This document shows, piece by piece, positions 20,701 to 28,290 of a stretch of 64,000 bases of DNA. The first letter of the stretch is position 1. Each line of letters opens with the position of its first letter. Under the pieces are notes generated by a model, which worked only from the letters and a program-made list of their open reading frames with translations, was not told the DNA's origin and searched no databases. The stretch is from the NCBI GenBank assembly GCA_009781695.1, contig WQVH01000003.1, positions 12,535-76,534 on the forward strand. Reading direction: 5' to 3'. The position numbers and the translations under genes were made by a program. Origin of the DNA: Oscillospiraceae bacterium. GTDB taxonomy: Bacteria > Bacillota > Clostridia > Oscillospirales > Oscillospiraceae.

Positions 20701-21820
20701 CGGTGACCTGATGGCCATTATGGTTTATACCAGTGACTATCGTTATACTATGACACCGTCCAATCCGCCCGCAGTAACCATCAGAACCGGTGCGAATACT
20801 TTCATTGACATTCCATCAATAACACCGTTTAATGTAACTGAAGCTGTGCCGCAGCCTTTCGACCTATCGTTTAACATCTTTAACAATGGCAACAATAACA
20901 ATGCAGGACTTGCCAATTTGGGTGTCATTCGCATGTGGCCGCAAATTAACGGCGCAGGCGCAAATCTGTCCTATGCACATCTGGAAGTAACCGCAGAAGA
21001 CCAAGACGGCGCAGATGCAATGGACTTTGTCCGCATCAATCGCATATGGAACAATCAGGGCTATGTCAATATGATTGACGTGAACAAGCATGCACCATGG
21101 CAGTACATCGACTTAACTGTGGATTATCGCGGTCAGACATTTGAGGTGCAACTCACAAACAATATGTTCCTGAGTTTGCGTGCGTTTAACAATGGCACAT
21201 GTGATGAAGTTCCGGGACTGGCCGGTAGTATCCGCATATGGCCGCAACTTGGCGGTGTAAGTGCTCCGATTCCGATGTCCGCAGTGCTTACGGCGGTTGA
21301 TCAAAGTGGTAACGATGCGATGCATCTGATCACCAGAAACCGCCAGTGGGTAGATGGTGCAGGCTGGCAGGATAACTACATGAACTTTGATGTAGATAAG
21401 AGCACTCCGTGGCAGACCATCCGCTTTACAATGACCGTATTCGGTCAAACTGTAGAGGTGCTGCTCGAAAACAACTTGTTTGTTGCAATACCTTTGGATG
21501 TGCTGGGTTTGCAGGCGTTTAACAATGGCAACTCTAGCAATGCATCGCTGGCAAGTGCCGGAATCATCCGTATTTGGACACAGCTTAATGGTGCCAATGC
21601 ACTGGTTCCTTTTGAGGGGCTGGTTGTGACCGCGCTTAATCAAGATGGTATAGATGCGAGCGGCTATGTCCGTGTCAATCGCGTGTGGAACAACATGGGT
21701 TATATCAATCTCATTGATGTAACTAAGCGCGATGCGAACTGGGAAACCATAGACTTGACAGTGACACTTGCTACCGGACAATATGCGGAGCTACTGCTAC
21801 GTAATGATATGTTTTCGTAG
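17756..21820 (+). CDS. secreted S15-family (X-Pro dipeptidyl-peptidase / CocE-NonD) hydrolase with three C-terminal tandem repeats
   Basis: ATG at 17756 lies 5 nt after GGAGG. Signal peptide MRIQDFKRKSVALLLTMLILVSTGVTAFA|Q. DTDGDGRRDLIRATVRRP segment is typical of PepX/CocE. Nucleophile elbow is GASYNG (Ser codon 19175-19177). Asp context is ALGDFNV and His context is RGGHGG. Confidence 0.85.
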   Translation: MRIQDFKRKSVALLLTMLILVSTGVTAFAQDNMPWEPESLDIAAFDANLTLEEVRATVAFLQRTITATSADRVPLGIYWVTPAFMDSFNSAVAPFMPPVPQAALMTMAFDEPFEEPEYFAPDSGVGPQALTQEDTIEASDLEAEAFAVLATWFANPEAMIAEASDDIVVIMLSAAVNHFKSTRQTGTLPASESFIRNVALFPELWCSETLRTAPAFQWTGNNTHDLVGTTWNERPDRDNDFNIVEEVFIELPIDTDGDGRRDLIRATVRRPIESERYTDLRIPAFLETSPYREGTLGLTVIDVTTPMFATPDTSHYTYADVTSLLPRAADWPWDRAEAIHWNRDTQQWNVGVQPATRDIGVIPAARPAVASENVVTRGNPVPVTAAAGGGHVNHGGNFASYMFVRGYAVVTTNTVGNVFADGFTSTGGICETLSAVAAIKWLNGEARAFTCQDAIYEVDATSWSNGMVAMSGASYNGTLPIAAAATGVEGLGLIIPQVAISNWYYYHRGSGTVIYPGRNNNWHAGFPGEEASDLALICFTRRRTDGAALNAIAREIPSFMRFHAPANDPIFGNEGVQLRANADAHWADMIAAEDIYSGNYNRFWDERNYLATADRITAGIIMQHALGDFNVMPRHFDTLLRAVAAHSDAEMRTVLFRGGHGGFHTHGAVFDWQHLWFDHFLNGVANNALDMPTIQIQSSITGQYEAFDTWPIPGSVYRRYFLNPPADIDESAAGSLSFGVPAAHEFTIQDAWDNSRLSWNSTGIPPVGAQYVNAAFIDRTHGAGAQTGGRPQLLFDWESALFNVNDLDTPSSERLVFVTEITENVRVSGTIVASIEAASDVPWGNITASLVEIRPQDRGRIFTTTSAISAIPAQNGAPGFNIVNPTAPTTPSGTNFWHEYKKITMGHADIQNPNQDADEIIRVADFHAVAPGFENITRGRTYMEALETSMIPAYYYRSIVPAAGEFHTYILSFEVMDWEFRAGDLMAIMVYTSDYRYTMTPSNPPAVTIRTGANTFIDIPSITPFNVTEAVPQPFDLSFNIFNNGNNNNAGLANLGVIRMWPQINGAGANLSYAHLEVTAEDQDGADAMDFVRINRIWNNQGYVNMIDVNKHAPWQYIDLTVDYRGQTFEVQLTNNMFLSLRAFNNGTCDEVPGLAGSIRIWPQLGGVSAPIPMSAVLTAVDQSGNDAMHLITRNRQWVDGAGWQDNYMNFDVDKSTPWQTIRFTMTVFGQTVEVLLENNLFVAIPLDVLGLQAFNNGNSSNASLASAGIIRIWTQLNGANALVPFEGLVVTALNQDGIDASGYVRVNRVWNNMGYINLIDVTKRDANWETIDLTVTLATGQYAELLLRNDMFS
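20861..21817 (+). repeat. three tandem ~103-110-aa protein repeats at the C-terminus of the S15 protein
   Basis: Repeat spans are R1 20861-21169, R2 21170-21499 and R3 21500-21817. Shared pattern is FNNGnxxNAxLAxxGxIRxWxQlnGAxAxxPxxxLxvTAxxQdGxDAxxxvrxNRxWNNxGYxNxIDVxKxxxWxxIDLTVxxxGQxxExxLxNnmF. The DNA copies are diverged. Confidence 0.85.
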
Positions 21821-21861
21821 AAATAATCTAAACTTGCATTAAAACGGCTCAAGTGAAAAAT

Positions 21862-21901
21862 GTGTGTGCGGTGAGACTTGTCTTACTGCACACACTTTTT
21901 T
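21862..21901 (+). terminator. strong rho-independent terminator after the S15 peptidase gene
   Basis: 15-bp stem GTGTGTGCGGTGAGA / TCTTACTGCACACAC with 2 G-U pairs, loop CTTG, followed by T6. Confidence 0.85.
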
Positions 21902-21913
21902 ACAATATAGAGA

Positions 21914-21942
21914 TTGAAATTGTCGTGCATATACAGTATAAT
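21914..21942 (+). promoter_or_regulatory. near-consensus sigma-A promoter for smc
   Basis: TTGAAA (21914-21919), 17-nt spacer, TATAAT (21937-21942). It sits 55 nt upstream of the smc GTG start. Confidence 0.6.
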
Positions 21943-21997
21943 GTGGTGTTGCTAACCGTTGTGTAAAAAACGGTTGTGCGAGTAAAGAAGAAAGCTG

Positions 21998-24900
21998 GTG
22001 TTTGACCTGTATTTAAAATCCCTAGAAATACAAGGCTTTAAGTCTTTTCCTGAAAAGACCAGACTTACATTTGATAGACCGATAACCGGTATTGTAGGGC
22101 CGAACGGCAGCGGCAAATCTAACATTTCTGACGCACTATTGTGGGTCATGGGTGAACAATCAACCAAAACATTACGCGGCGGCAAGATGGAAGATGTTAT
22201 ATTCGGCGGTACACAAAGACGTTCACAGGTAGGATATGCCGAAGTTTCACTCACATTGGATAATTCAGACGGTAGATTCGGCCTTGAAAATAATGAAGTG
22301 ATGCTGACCAGAAGATACTATCGCTCCGGTGAAAGTGAATATTATATCAATCGCAGCCAGGTTCGGCTTAAAGATTTAAGCGAGCTGCTTATGGATACAG
22401 GCTTGGGTCGTGACGGATACAGTGTCATCGGTCAGGGCAGAATTGCTGACTTATTATCTACCAAAAGTAAAGACAGGCGAGAGATATTTGAAGAAGCTGC
22501 GGGTATATCCCGTTATCGCCACAGAAAAGAAGAGTCTGAAAGAAAACTCGGACAAACGGAAGAAAATCTACTCAGAATCGGCGACAAAATTTCGGAATTG
22601 GAGCTTCAAGTCGAACCGCTTCGTGAGCAAGCCGAAACTGCAAAGAGGTATTTAAAGCTTCGAGACGAATTGCGCGGCATAGAAATTTCTGTATGGCTGA
22701 TCCAACTCGATACACTTAGAGCAAAGGCTGAAAAAGCGGACAGTGACTATAAGCTGTCGGTTGAAGCCCTTGATAAAGCATCACAAGATTTAGATGATGG
22801 TTATCAAGAGATAGAAGCGCTTGAGGATATGACCAGAGACTGCGAGGTTGATGCAGAGGCGGTACGTGCGCAAATATCACACGCTGAGCAGCGCCTTTCT
22901 GAAATAGAAAGTGAAATCGCTGTGCTCAAGTCTCAAATGGAGGGTAATGCCGGGCAAATAGAGCACCTTGCGCAAGAGCTCGTCAGTCAAGATGAGTCCC
23001 AAGATGGTGTAGGAAACCAAATTAGTGAGGGCGAAAAAAGACTGGGTGAAATTGCGGATGAAAAAGTCGGACTTGAAGCAAAAACAGCCGACTTGATTGC
23101 GAAGCTTTCAGATATTTCTAAATCTGCCGGAAGTGTCGGTGATGAGCTTTCTGCATTGCTGGAAAAAGAAACAAACATTAAAAACGAAATTATTGAAGAT
23201 AGATCAAGGCTCTCAGCGCTTGCCTCCCAAGCTCAGGAGCTTTATGATATGGAACTCAATGTTAAGAAAGAACGTGCTGAAGCTTTAACGCTATTAGAAA
23301 ATCAGCATACTGGTCACAAGCAAAGTAAAGATGAACTGGATAAATCCAAAGAGGAAGTTGTTACACTGGGCAATATCGTCAATGGATTGGGAATGAAAGT
23401 GGATGGCCGGGTCAAAAAGGCTGAGCTTTCAGGCGAAAAGCAATCTAGAATTTCACTTGAACTAAAGACACTGCAGTCCAGGAAGTCACTTTTGGCAGAA
23501 ATGGAAAAAGAATATCAAGGGTATTCTAAAGCTGTAAAACTGGTGATGCAAGAGCAAAGCAGGGGTGTGTTGAAGAATATCCATGGCACAGTAGCGGGTC
23601 TGATCAGTACAAGTGATAAATATACTGTAGCCATTGAGACTGCTCTAGGCGGTGCAATGCAGAATATCGTTGTAGGCTCAGAAGAAGACGGAAAAGCTGC
23701 AATAAACATGCTCAAGAGCCGCGATGGAGGCAGAGCAACTTTTCTTCCGCTTTCAACGATTAAAGGCAATGTGTTGGGGGAAAGGGACATCAGCGATGAT
23801 CCGGGATATGAAGGTATTGCACTTGATCTTGTAAAGTTTGATGCTCAATATTCAGGGGTCTATGCAAGCCTTTTAGGGCGCGTTGTGATTGTTGATAGTC
23901 TCAATAGTGCCATCAGGATATCTAAGAAGCACAATCAAAGATTTAGAATAGTCACACTGGATGGTCAGGTCATTAATGCCGGCGGCTCTATGACGGGTGG
24001 CTCTGCGGCAAGTAATGCCGGAGTGCTTTCTCGTGCCAATGAAATCAATGCACTGGTTGGACGAATTGAAACCTGCACTACGGAGCTTACGCAGGCAGAA
24101 AAGGATCATGCCGAATGTGTCAGAGAAAAAAATGAGATAGAGTACGAACTTTCGACTGCTCAAGCGCAACTACGTACCGCCGAGGACACACTGCTAAAAC
24201 TAGAGAGCGCCCATGCACTGATTGAAGTTCTGATTTCAAATGCAAAAGATGCTGTCAGTGCATTTGAAAGTGAAATAGAAAACATCAACAAAAGGATCAG
24301 TCTCAATGTTTCTGAAACTTCTGATCTGAATGCCAGTATCAAGCAGCGCGAAACGCATGCAGATCAAATCAAAGGTGATATAGAAAAAGAGCTTAGCGGT
24401 CAAGAACAACTGGCTCAAAAGAAAGAGGAAATTGATTCCGAGCTTTCAGAACTCCGTGCAAATCTCGCATCTCTGGAGGCTGAAAAAGACGCACTGACTA
24501 AATCCGTATCTGATTTGTCTGCCATTCGTGATGATATGCTTGGCAGTCGTGAGCGTCAATTGGAAACCATAGATGGGCTCAAAAACAAAAATATGCGTAT
24601 CCGAGAAGATATTGCAGAAAAAGAGCAAATTTCTTCGTCTATACTTCGTGAAATTGATGAGCGCAAACACAATCTCAATGAGCTCAATGACAAGAAGCTT
24701 AGCATAGAGGCTAAGCGAAGCGCCTTAGGTAAGGCCAATCAAGAAAAAAACAATGAATTACTCAATCTGCAACGAGAAAGCTCAAGACTTGAGCAGCAAA
24801 AGCAGCAAGCCGAAATGGAAGAAAAGCAGATCGTTGACAAACTCTGGGAAAATTATGAACTGAGCAGAAGCGCTGCTGTAAATGCCGGAACTCCGGTAGA

Positions 24901-25588
24901 AAATGTCGTCGAAGCTCAGCGGCAGATATCTTCATTAAAAAAAGAGATATCAAGTCTCGGAAATCCCAATATAGGGGCTATAGAGGAATTTGAGCGCGTG
25001 AACACCCGTTATACATTCCTCAGTGAACAAAGAGATGATGTGCGCAAAGCCAAGGATGAACTGCTCGGAATTATTGAAGAGATCACTGCGCAAATGCGTG
25101 AGATTTTTGTTCGTGAGTTTGAGGTCATCAATACAGGCTTTGGAAAGACCTTTAAAGAACTATTTGGCGGCGGCAGAGCTGCGCTCATATTGGAAGACCC
25201 GGACGATGTGCTCAATTGTGGTATCGAAATAGAAGTCCAGCCGCCGGGAAAATCGCTTAAAACACTGACTTTGCTGTCCGGTGGTGAAAAGGCATTTGTG
25301 GCTATTGCAATATACTTTGCTATTTTGACAGTAAGGCCACCACCATTTGTTATCATGGATGAAATTGATGCAGCGCTCGACGATGCAAATGTACTGCGCT
25401 TTGCTTCTCATATGAGAATGATGTCTCATAATACGCAAATGATCGTCATATCACATAAAAGAGGCACGATGGAAGAAGTGGATGTACTTTATGGGGTAAC
25501 GATGCAAGAACTCGGTGTATCCAGTCTGATCATGCTTGATCTTGATGAAGCAGAAAAGCATATGAACAGCAAGCAAGTCACCCGATAG
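21998..25588 (+). CDS. smc: chromosome condensation/segregation ATPase SMC
   Basis: N-terminal LKSLEIQGFKSF..GPNGSGKSN Walker A, long coiled coils, a hinge (GYSKAVKLV..GTVAGLI), and C-terminal LSGGEKAF..VIMDEIDAALD. GTG start. Confidence 0.97.
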   Translation: MFDLYLKSLEIQGFKSFPEKTRLTFDRPITGIVGPNGSGKSNISDALLWVMGEQSTKTLRGGKMEDVIFGGTQRRSQVGYAEVSLTLDNSDGRFGLENNEVMLTRRYYRSGESEYYINRSQVRLKDLSELLMDTGLGRDGYSVIGQGRIADLLSTKSKDRREIFEEAAGISRYRHRKEESERKLGQTEENLLRIGDKISELELQVEPLREQAETAKRYLKLRDELRGIEISVWLIQLDTLRAKAEKADSDYKLSVEALDKASQDLDDGYQEIEALEDMTRDCEVDAEAVRAQISHAEQRLSEIESEIAVLKSQMEGNAGQIEHLAQELVSQDESQDGVGNQISEGEKRLGEIADEKVGLEAKTADLIAKLSDISKSAGSVGDELSALLEKETNIKNEIIEDRSRLSALASQAQELYDMELNVKKERAEALTLLENQHTGHKQSKDELDKSKEEVVTLGNIVNGLGMKVDGRVKKAELSGEKQSRISLELKTLQSRKSLLAEMEKEYQGYSKAVKLVMQEQSRGVLKNIHGTVAGLISTSDKYTVAIETALGGAMQNIVVGSEEDGKAAINMLKSRDGGRATFLPLSTIKGNVLGERDISDDPGYEGIALDLVKFDAQYSGVYASLLGRVVIVDSLNSAIRISKKHNQRFRIVTLDGQVINAGGSMTGGSAASNAGVLSRANEINALVGRIETCTTELTQAEKDHAECVREKNEIEYELSTAQAQLRTAEDTLLKLESAHALIEVLISNAKDAVSAFESEIENINKRISLNVSETSDLNASIKQRETHADQIKGDIEKELSGQEQLAQKKEEIDSELSELRANLASLEAEKDALTKSVSDLSAIRDDMLGSRERQLETIDGLKNKNMRIREDIAEKEQISSSILREIDERKHNLNELNDKKLSIEAKRSALGKANQEKNNELLNLQRESSRLEQQKQQAEMEEKQIVDKLWENYELSRSAAVNAGTPVENVVEAQRQISSLKKEISSLGNPNIGAIEEFERVNTRYTFLSEQRDDVRKAKDELLGIIEEITAQMREIFVREFEVINTGFGKTFKELFGGGRAALILEDPDDVLNCGIEIEVQPPGKSLKTLTLLSGGEKAFVAIAIYFAILTVRPPPFVIMDEIDAALDDANVLRFASHMRMMSHNTQMIVISHKRGTMEEVDVLYGVTMQELGVSSLIMLDLDEAEKHMNSKQVTR

Positions 25589-25607
25589 TCTGAGATAGGA
25601 GATCATA

Positions 25608-26519
25608 TTGAATTTTATAAGTAGATTAAAAGAAGGTCTGGCTAAAACTTCGAAGAATATGTCGCAAAAACTCGGTGGGATGTTTGCAGCTTTTACCGGC
25701 GCAAATGAAGAGTTCTTTGAGGAATTGGAAGAAATACTGATATTATCAGACCTGGGCGCTCAGACCGCAACCCGGGCGGTTGATGAGCTTCGGGAAAAAA
25801 CCAAGCAAGAGGGATACCGGACAGGTGAGGAAATCAAAGCGGCCTTAGCTGAAATTCTGGCCGGATTGCTTGAGGTTGGAGACAGTGCGCTTAAGCTTAC
25901 GACAAAACCTTCTGTAATTTTAGTTATCGGTGTCAATGGTGTAGGCAAAACCACAACCATCGGAAAGTTAGCGCAAAAATTTTCAAATGAAGGTAAGAAG
26001 GTACTTCTGTGCGCAGGAGATACCTTTAGAGCAGCAGCAGGTGAGCAGTTATCGATTTGGGCATCCCGGGCCGGTGTAGACATTGTGCGGCGTGATGAAG
26101 GTGCAGACCCTGCGTCGGTAATATTTGATGGTCTGAGTGCGGCCAAGGCCAGAGGCGCTGATATTATTATCTGCGATACAGCCGGAAGACTCCATAATAA
26201 ATCAAATCTCATGAATGAACTGAATAAAATCAGCCGAGTTATTGATAGAGAGCTGCCTGATGCAGATCGGGAGACGCTACTGGTGTTGGATGCAACAACC
26301 GGACAAAACGGACTGATTCAAGCCAAAGTCTTTAAAGAAGCTGCTGATATCACAGGCATTGTGCTCACGAAGCTCGATGGGACTGCAAAAGGCGGAATTG
26401 TGTATACCATCGCCTCTGATTTAAATGTACCTGTTAAGCTGGTTGGCGTTGGCGAAAAGGCTGAAGATTTGATCGATTTTAACAGCCGTGAGTTTTCGGA
26501 GGCAGTGCTTTCAATATGA
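25608..26519 (+). CDS. ftsY: signal recognition particle receptor FtsY
   Basis: NG domain motifs GVNGVGKTTTIGKLA, DTAGRL and TKLDGTAKGG. TTG start lies 5 nt after AGGAGA. Confidence 0.96.
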   Translation: MNFISRLKEGLAKTSKNMSQKLGGMFAAFTGANEEFFEELEEILILSDLGAQTATRAVDELREKTKQEGYRTGEEIKAALAEILAGLLEVGDSALKLTTKPSVILVIGVNGVGKTTTIGKLAQKFSNEGKKVLLCAGDTFRAAAGEQLSIWASRAGVDIVRRDEGADPASVIFDGLSAAKARGADIIICDTAGRLHNKSNLMNELNKISRVIDRELPDADRETLLVLDATTGQNGLIQAKVFKEAADITGIVLTKLDGTAKGGIVYTIASDLNVPVKLVGVGEKAEDLIDFNSREFSEAVLSI

Positions 26520-27106
26520 CCTTTGTTCTGGCTACGGCCAACCCCGGAAAAGTTATTGAAATGAAAGAAATCCTCTCTGGATTGGATTTTGATGTGGTCA
26601 CTCGGGCTGATATGGGCATTGAGATAGAGGTTGAGGAAACCGGGCAAACCTTTTTTGACAATGCAATGTTAAAGGCAAGGGCGATATCTCAGGCCACAGG
26701 TTTACCTGCTATAGCCGATGATTCGGGTTTGATGGTATGTGCGCTCAATGATGAACCGGGCGTTTATTCGAGCACCTACGGCGGTGCTGAGCTCACTGAC
26801 ACCGAGCGTTGCGCATATCTTCTTGAGCATATGAAAGATCAAAAACAAAAAAGCGCAAAATTTGTCTGTACTATTGTATGTTTTTTTCCGGATGATACAT
26901 ATATTTCCTGCGAGGGCACGTGCTCTGGTGAAATAATTGCTGCGCCTCGCGGTGAAAATGGATTCGGTTATGATCCTGTATTTCTCGTTTCGGATACCGA
27001 TAAAACCATGGCAGAACTATCTTCCGATGAAAAAAACAAAATCTCTCACAGAGGAGAGGCACTGAGAAAATTCGCCTTACTATTGCAGGAAAGGGGACAT
27101 CGGTGA
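26516..27106 (+). CDS. rdgB: non-canonical purine NTP pyrophosphatase RdgB (Ham1 family)
   Basis: ATANPGKVIEMKEIL, FGYDPVF and SHRGEAL motifs. ATGA overlap with the ftsY stop. Confidence 0.93.
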   Translation: MTFVLATANPGKVIEMKEILSGLDFDVVTRADMGIEIEVEETGQTFFDNAMLKARAISQATGLPAIADDSGLMVCALNDEPGVYSSTYGGAELTDTERCAYLLEHMKDQKQKSAKFVCTIVCFFPDDTYISCEGTCSGEIIAAPRGENGFGYDPVFLVSDTDKTMAELSSDEKNKISHRGEALRKFALLLQERGHR

Positions 27107-28266
27107 AGATTGGTATTTTCGGCGGAACTTTTAATCCGCCCCATATTGGACATGAAAGGGCGGCAAAAGCGGCTGTAGCTCAATTACAGCTGGATATTTT
27201 GCTTGTAATTCCTGTTGGGATTCCTCCGCATAAGCGATTACCGCCAGACTCACCATCAGCAGAAATCAGGCTGATGATGACGCAAAATGCTTTTTCCGAA
27301 ATTCTATATGCTACAGTGTCGCATATAGAGGTAGAAAATACACAACCAAGCTATACCATCGAAACCGTTGATAAAATAAAAAAAACATACCCTAATGCCA
27401 AACTTTTTTTACTCATGGGAACAGATATGTTTCTTTCACTTGAATCTTGGAAAGCATATGACGCTCTGCTCCCTAAAATCATACCGACTGTATTTCCAAG
27501 AAATGATGATGATTTGGACAAAATAAGCACATATTCTGATTATTTACGAAATCAATATGGTTGCCGTACGGAAATCATAAAAAACATCATTGTGCCTATT
27601 TCTTCTTCGGAATTACGGCATATTTTACCGCTTCGTGATGGTGTGGGATACATAACGGATACAAATTATGCGTATATAATAAGCTCAAGGCTTTATGATG
27701 CGAAACCCGATTGGGATTGGCTGAGAAAAAAAGCGTACGAGATGCTTGATTCCAAACGGATACCGCATGTCAGAGCCTGTGAAGATGCGGCAGTGCTATT
27801 GGCTGAGCATTGGGGCGTAAATGAAGATGATGCGCGAGAAGCTGCAATACTTCATGATATTACCAAAAGACTGAACACAGCCGAGCACTTAAAAATACTT
27901 AAAGCGCATCACATTGTTATAGATGCCTTAAAAAAGGAAGAATCCAAGCTGCTGCACGCCAAATCCGGCGCACTATTAGCCAAGTCCATGTTTGGCATTT
28001 CACATGATGTGGAAGATGCAATCAGTTGTCATACGACCGGCAAGGCCGAAATGTCTCTGCTTGCCAAAGTGCTCTATCTTGCTGATTATATTGAAGCGAC
28101 TCGTGATTTTCCGGGCGTAGACCTTTTACGGTGCTTAGCATTTGAAGATATCGACGAGGCCATGGTATTAGGACTTGAAATGACCATATCCGACCTCTCA
28201 TCTCGATCTATTTCCCCGGACGCAGCAACGCTTGCAGCAATAAGTGATTTGAAAAGTCAACCATAG
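27103..28266 (+). CDS. nadD: fusion protein: nicotinate-nucleotide adenylyltransferase NadD plus YqeK-type HD hydrolase
   Basis: Residues 1-~190 match NadD (GGTFNPPHIGH, ISSSELRH). Residues ~200-387 match a YqeK-like HD domain (RIPHVRACEDAAVLLAEHWG.., AAILHDITK, LYLADYIE). One uninterrupted frame. GTG start lies 5 nt after AAAGGGGA and overlaps the rdgB stop (GTGA). Confidence 0.88.
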   Translation: MKIGIFGGTFNPPHIGHERAAKAAVAQLQLDILLVIPVGIPPHKRLPPDSPSAEIRLMMTQNAFSEILYATVSHIEVENTQPSYTIETVDKIKKTYPNAKLFLLMGTDMFLSLESWKAYDALLPKIIPTVFPRNDDDLDKISTYSDYLRNQYGCRTEIIKNIIVPISSSELRHILPLRDGVGYITDTNYAYIISSRLYDAKPDWDWLRKKAYEMLDSKRIPHVRACEDAAVLLAEHWGVNEDDAREAAILHDITKRLNTAEHLKILKAHHIVIDALKKEESKLLHAKSGALLAKSMFGISHDVEDAISCHTTGKAEMSLLAKVLYLADYIEATRDFPGVDLLRCLAFEDIDEAMVLGLEMTISDLSSRSISPDAATLAAISDLKSQP

Positions 28267-28290
28267 CGCGTTGGCTCTGATACGAAAGGA

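Noticed and set aside
20024-21781. 210-aa and 222-aa ORFs (20024-20656, 21113-21781) antisense to the S15 peptidase gene
   Set aside because: These are shadow ORFs within a well-supported 1354-aa CDS. The products are Cys/His/Arg-rich nonsense-like sequence with no start context.
20861-21817. CRISPR array or other non-coding tandem repeat
   Set aside because: The only long periodicity in the window is this about 310-330-nt protein-coding triplication. The units are diverged at the DNA level, in frame and inside a CDS. No short direct repeats with unique spacers were seen anywhere.
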